This document shows, one piece after another, positions 62,536-64,000 of a stretch of DNA of 64,000 nucleotides. Both the position numbers and the translations under genes were made by a program. Origin of the DNA: Acidobacteriota bacterium (GTDB lineage Bacteria > Acidobacteriota > UBA890 > WLXD01); assembly GCA_965248695.1 (NCBI GenBank), contig CBDFKD010000002.1, positions 2,784,001 through 2,848,000 of the forward strand, written 5' to 3'. How positions within the stretch are numbered: position 1 is the stretch's first letter; each line of letters begins with the position of its first letter. Under the pieces are notes generated by a model, which was not told the DNA's origin, made no database searches, and saw only the letters and a program-made list of their open reading frames with translations.

Positions 62536-63795
62536 TGACCTGACCCCGCGGTTAGTACCATGTCTTATCTCAGTAACTCGGTGCTGACAAGAGGTTGTTG
62601 AGGCCGGCGAAGCGGAGCGCAGCCGGCTTCAACAACGTCGCTTCGGGTGCGGGCGGCCGATAGCTCAGCGAGCTGTGCGGTCGCATGCGGTTGTAGTGCT
62701 GACGCCATCTCTCGATCAGAACCTTTGCCTCCTTGAGCGTGTAGAAGATCTCTCCATCCAGCAGCTCGTCGCGTAGCTTGCCGTTGAAGCTCTCCACGTA
62801 ACCGTTCTCCCACGGCGAGCCCGGCTCGATGAACAGCGTCCCCACGCCCAACCGGCCCAGCCAGTCGCGAACCGCCTCGGCGGTGAACTCTGGTCCGTTA
62901 TCCGACCGGATGTGCTCAGGTATGCCCCGGTGTACGAACAACCTCCCGAGCTGCTCCAGCACGTCCTCAGAGTTGAGCTTCCGTGCTACATGGATCGCCA
63001 GGCTTTCTCGTGTGTACTCATCGACGATCGTCAGCAGCCTCATAGCCCGACCGTCGTGCGTCCGGTGGTGCAGGAAGTCATACGCCCAGACATGATCCCG
63101 GTGCTGTGGGCGCAGCCGGATGCAGGAGCCATCGCTCAGCCACAGCCGTGCTCGTTTGGGCTGTTTTCTCGGTACTTTCAGCCCTTCGCGCCGCCAGATA
63201 CGCTGCACTCGTTTGTGGTTCACGGACCAGCCCTCCATGCGCAGCAACGCTGTCACCCTCCGATATCCGTAGCGCCCGTACTGTCGGGCTAAATCCACGA
63301 TCCGCTCCGTCAAAATCTGCTCCTGTTGCGGCTCTCTTGGCACGTACCGGTGTGTCGTGCGTGGTTGTTTCAGTACCCGACACGCCCGCCTCTCCGAGAC
63401 GCCCAGCCGCCCCCGTACATGTGCCACCGCCTCTCGCCGCCGAGCTGGGCTCAGAAGTTTCCCTCCGCCACTTCCTTCAGGATCGACAGGTCGAGTTCCT
63501 TTTCCGCCACCAGCCTCTTGAGCCGGGCATTCTCCTTCTCCAGTTGCTTGAGCTTTCTGGCCTGGTTGAGCTTCAGTCCGCCGTACTCTCGCCGCCACCG
63601 GTAGTAGGTGTGCTCGGTGATTGCTAGCTTGCGGCAGGCATCCTTGACCGTCGCCCCTCGAGCCAGCTCCACCTCAGCCTCCCGGAGCTTGCGTACGATC
63701 TGCTCGGCGCTGTGCCTCTTACTCGGCATTCTGACCTCCCGTTCTTGACCCAGATCGTGAGATTACATCCGGATCCGTTTTCGGGGGTCAGGTCA
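62536..63795 (-). mobile_element. IS3-family element, copy 2 of 51457-52716
   Basis: Reverse complement; identical orfA/orfB. Confidence 0.95.
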
Positions 63796-64000
63796 AGGTC
63801 GTCCACCCTGACGAGTTTGCCGGGTGGATTATTGACGCTCGCAAGCCCGCCAGGATGTCCGACAGACCCGCCCGTTAGATCAAACCGCACATTAGTTCGG
63901 CGGTTCCCCCCCCACGCTCCCCTCCGCGCAGCGGGCGTCGTCGTCCCTTACTGAATGTAGCCCAGACTTCTTAGAAGCTCGTGCTGCTGACGCGATAGCG

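Noticed and set aside
63800-63945. Group II intron 5' end, riboswitch or 6S RNA (minus-strand GTGCGG..., G-rich)
   Set aside because: No domain V/VI, RT or convincing consensus visible; truncated by the IS.

Overview
High-GC bacterial DNA, probably Acidobacteriota (inferred from the PadR + 'ADOP'-type ABC permease pair and a carboxypeptidase-domain TonB receptor). It is heavily eroded: at least 9 complete or partial IS256/IS3 elements, a MITE, many frameshifted genes and abrupt fragment-to-fragment junctions. Bases 1-4390 are the early/immunity region of a prophage-like element. The standout observation is there: three different divergent cro-like/cI-like HTH pairs in tandem, each with its own operator palindrome. 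They are separated by a conserved ~60-100 bp direct repeat that carries a 7-bp inverted repeat with a fixed 15-nt spacer and also encodes the start of the first early gene. This looks like a stored, swappable 'immunity cassette array', with a HEPN-like cargo gene inserted in one repeat. The rest of the window holds a BlaI/BlaR-YHS regulator with two alpha/beta hydrolases, VapBC, a likely histamine/imidazole-type catabolic cluster, thx-fabI, SRP RNA, a Rieske oxygenase, a TonB receptor, split selO fragments, rdgB, tRNA-Pro, a tRNA-Phe att-like remnant and a RES-Xre toxin-antitoxin pair. Two identical inverted IS256 copies may bracket a ~51-kb inversion. All family assignments come from motifs recognised by eye; no searches were run.
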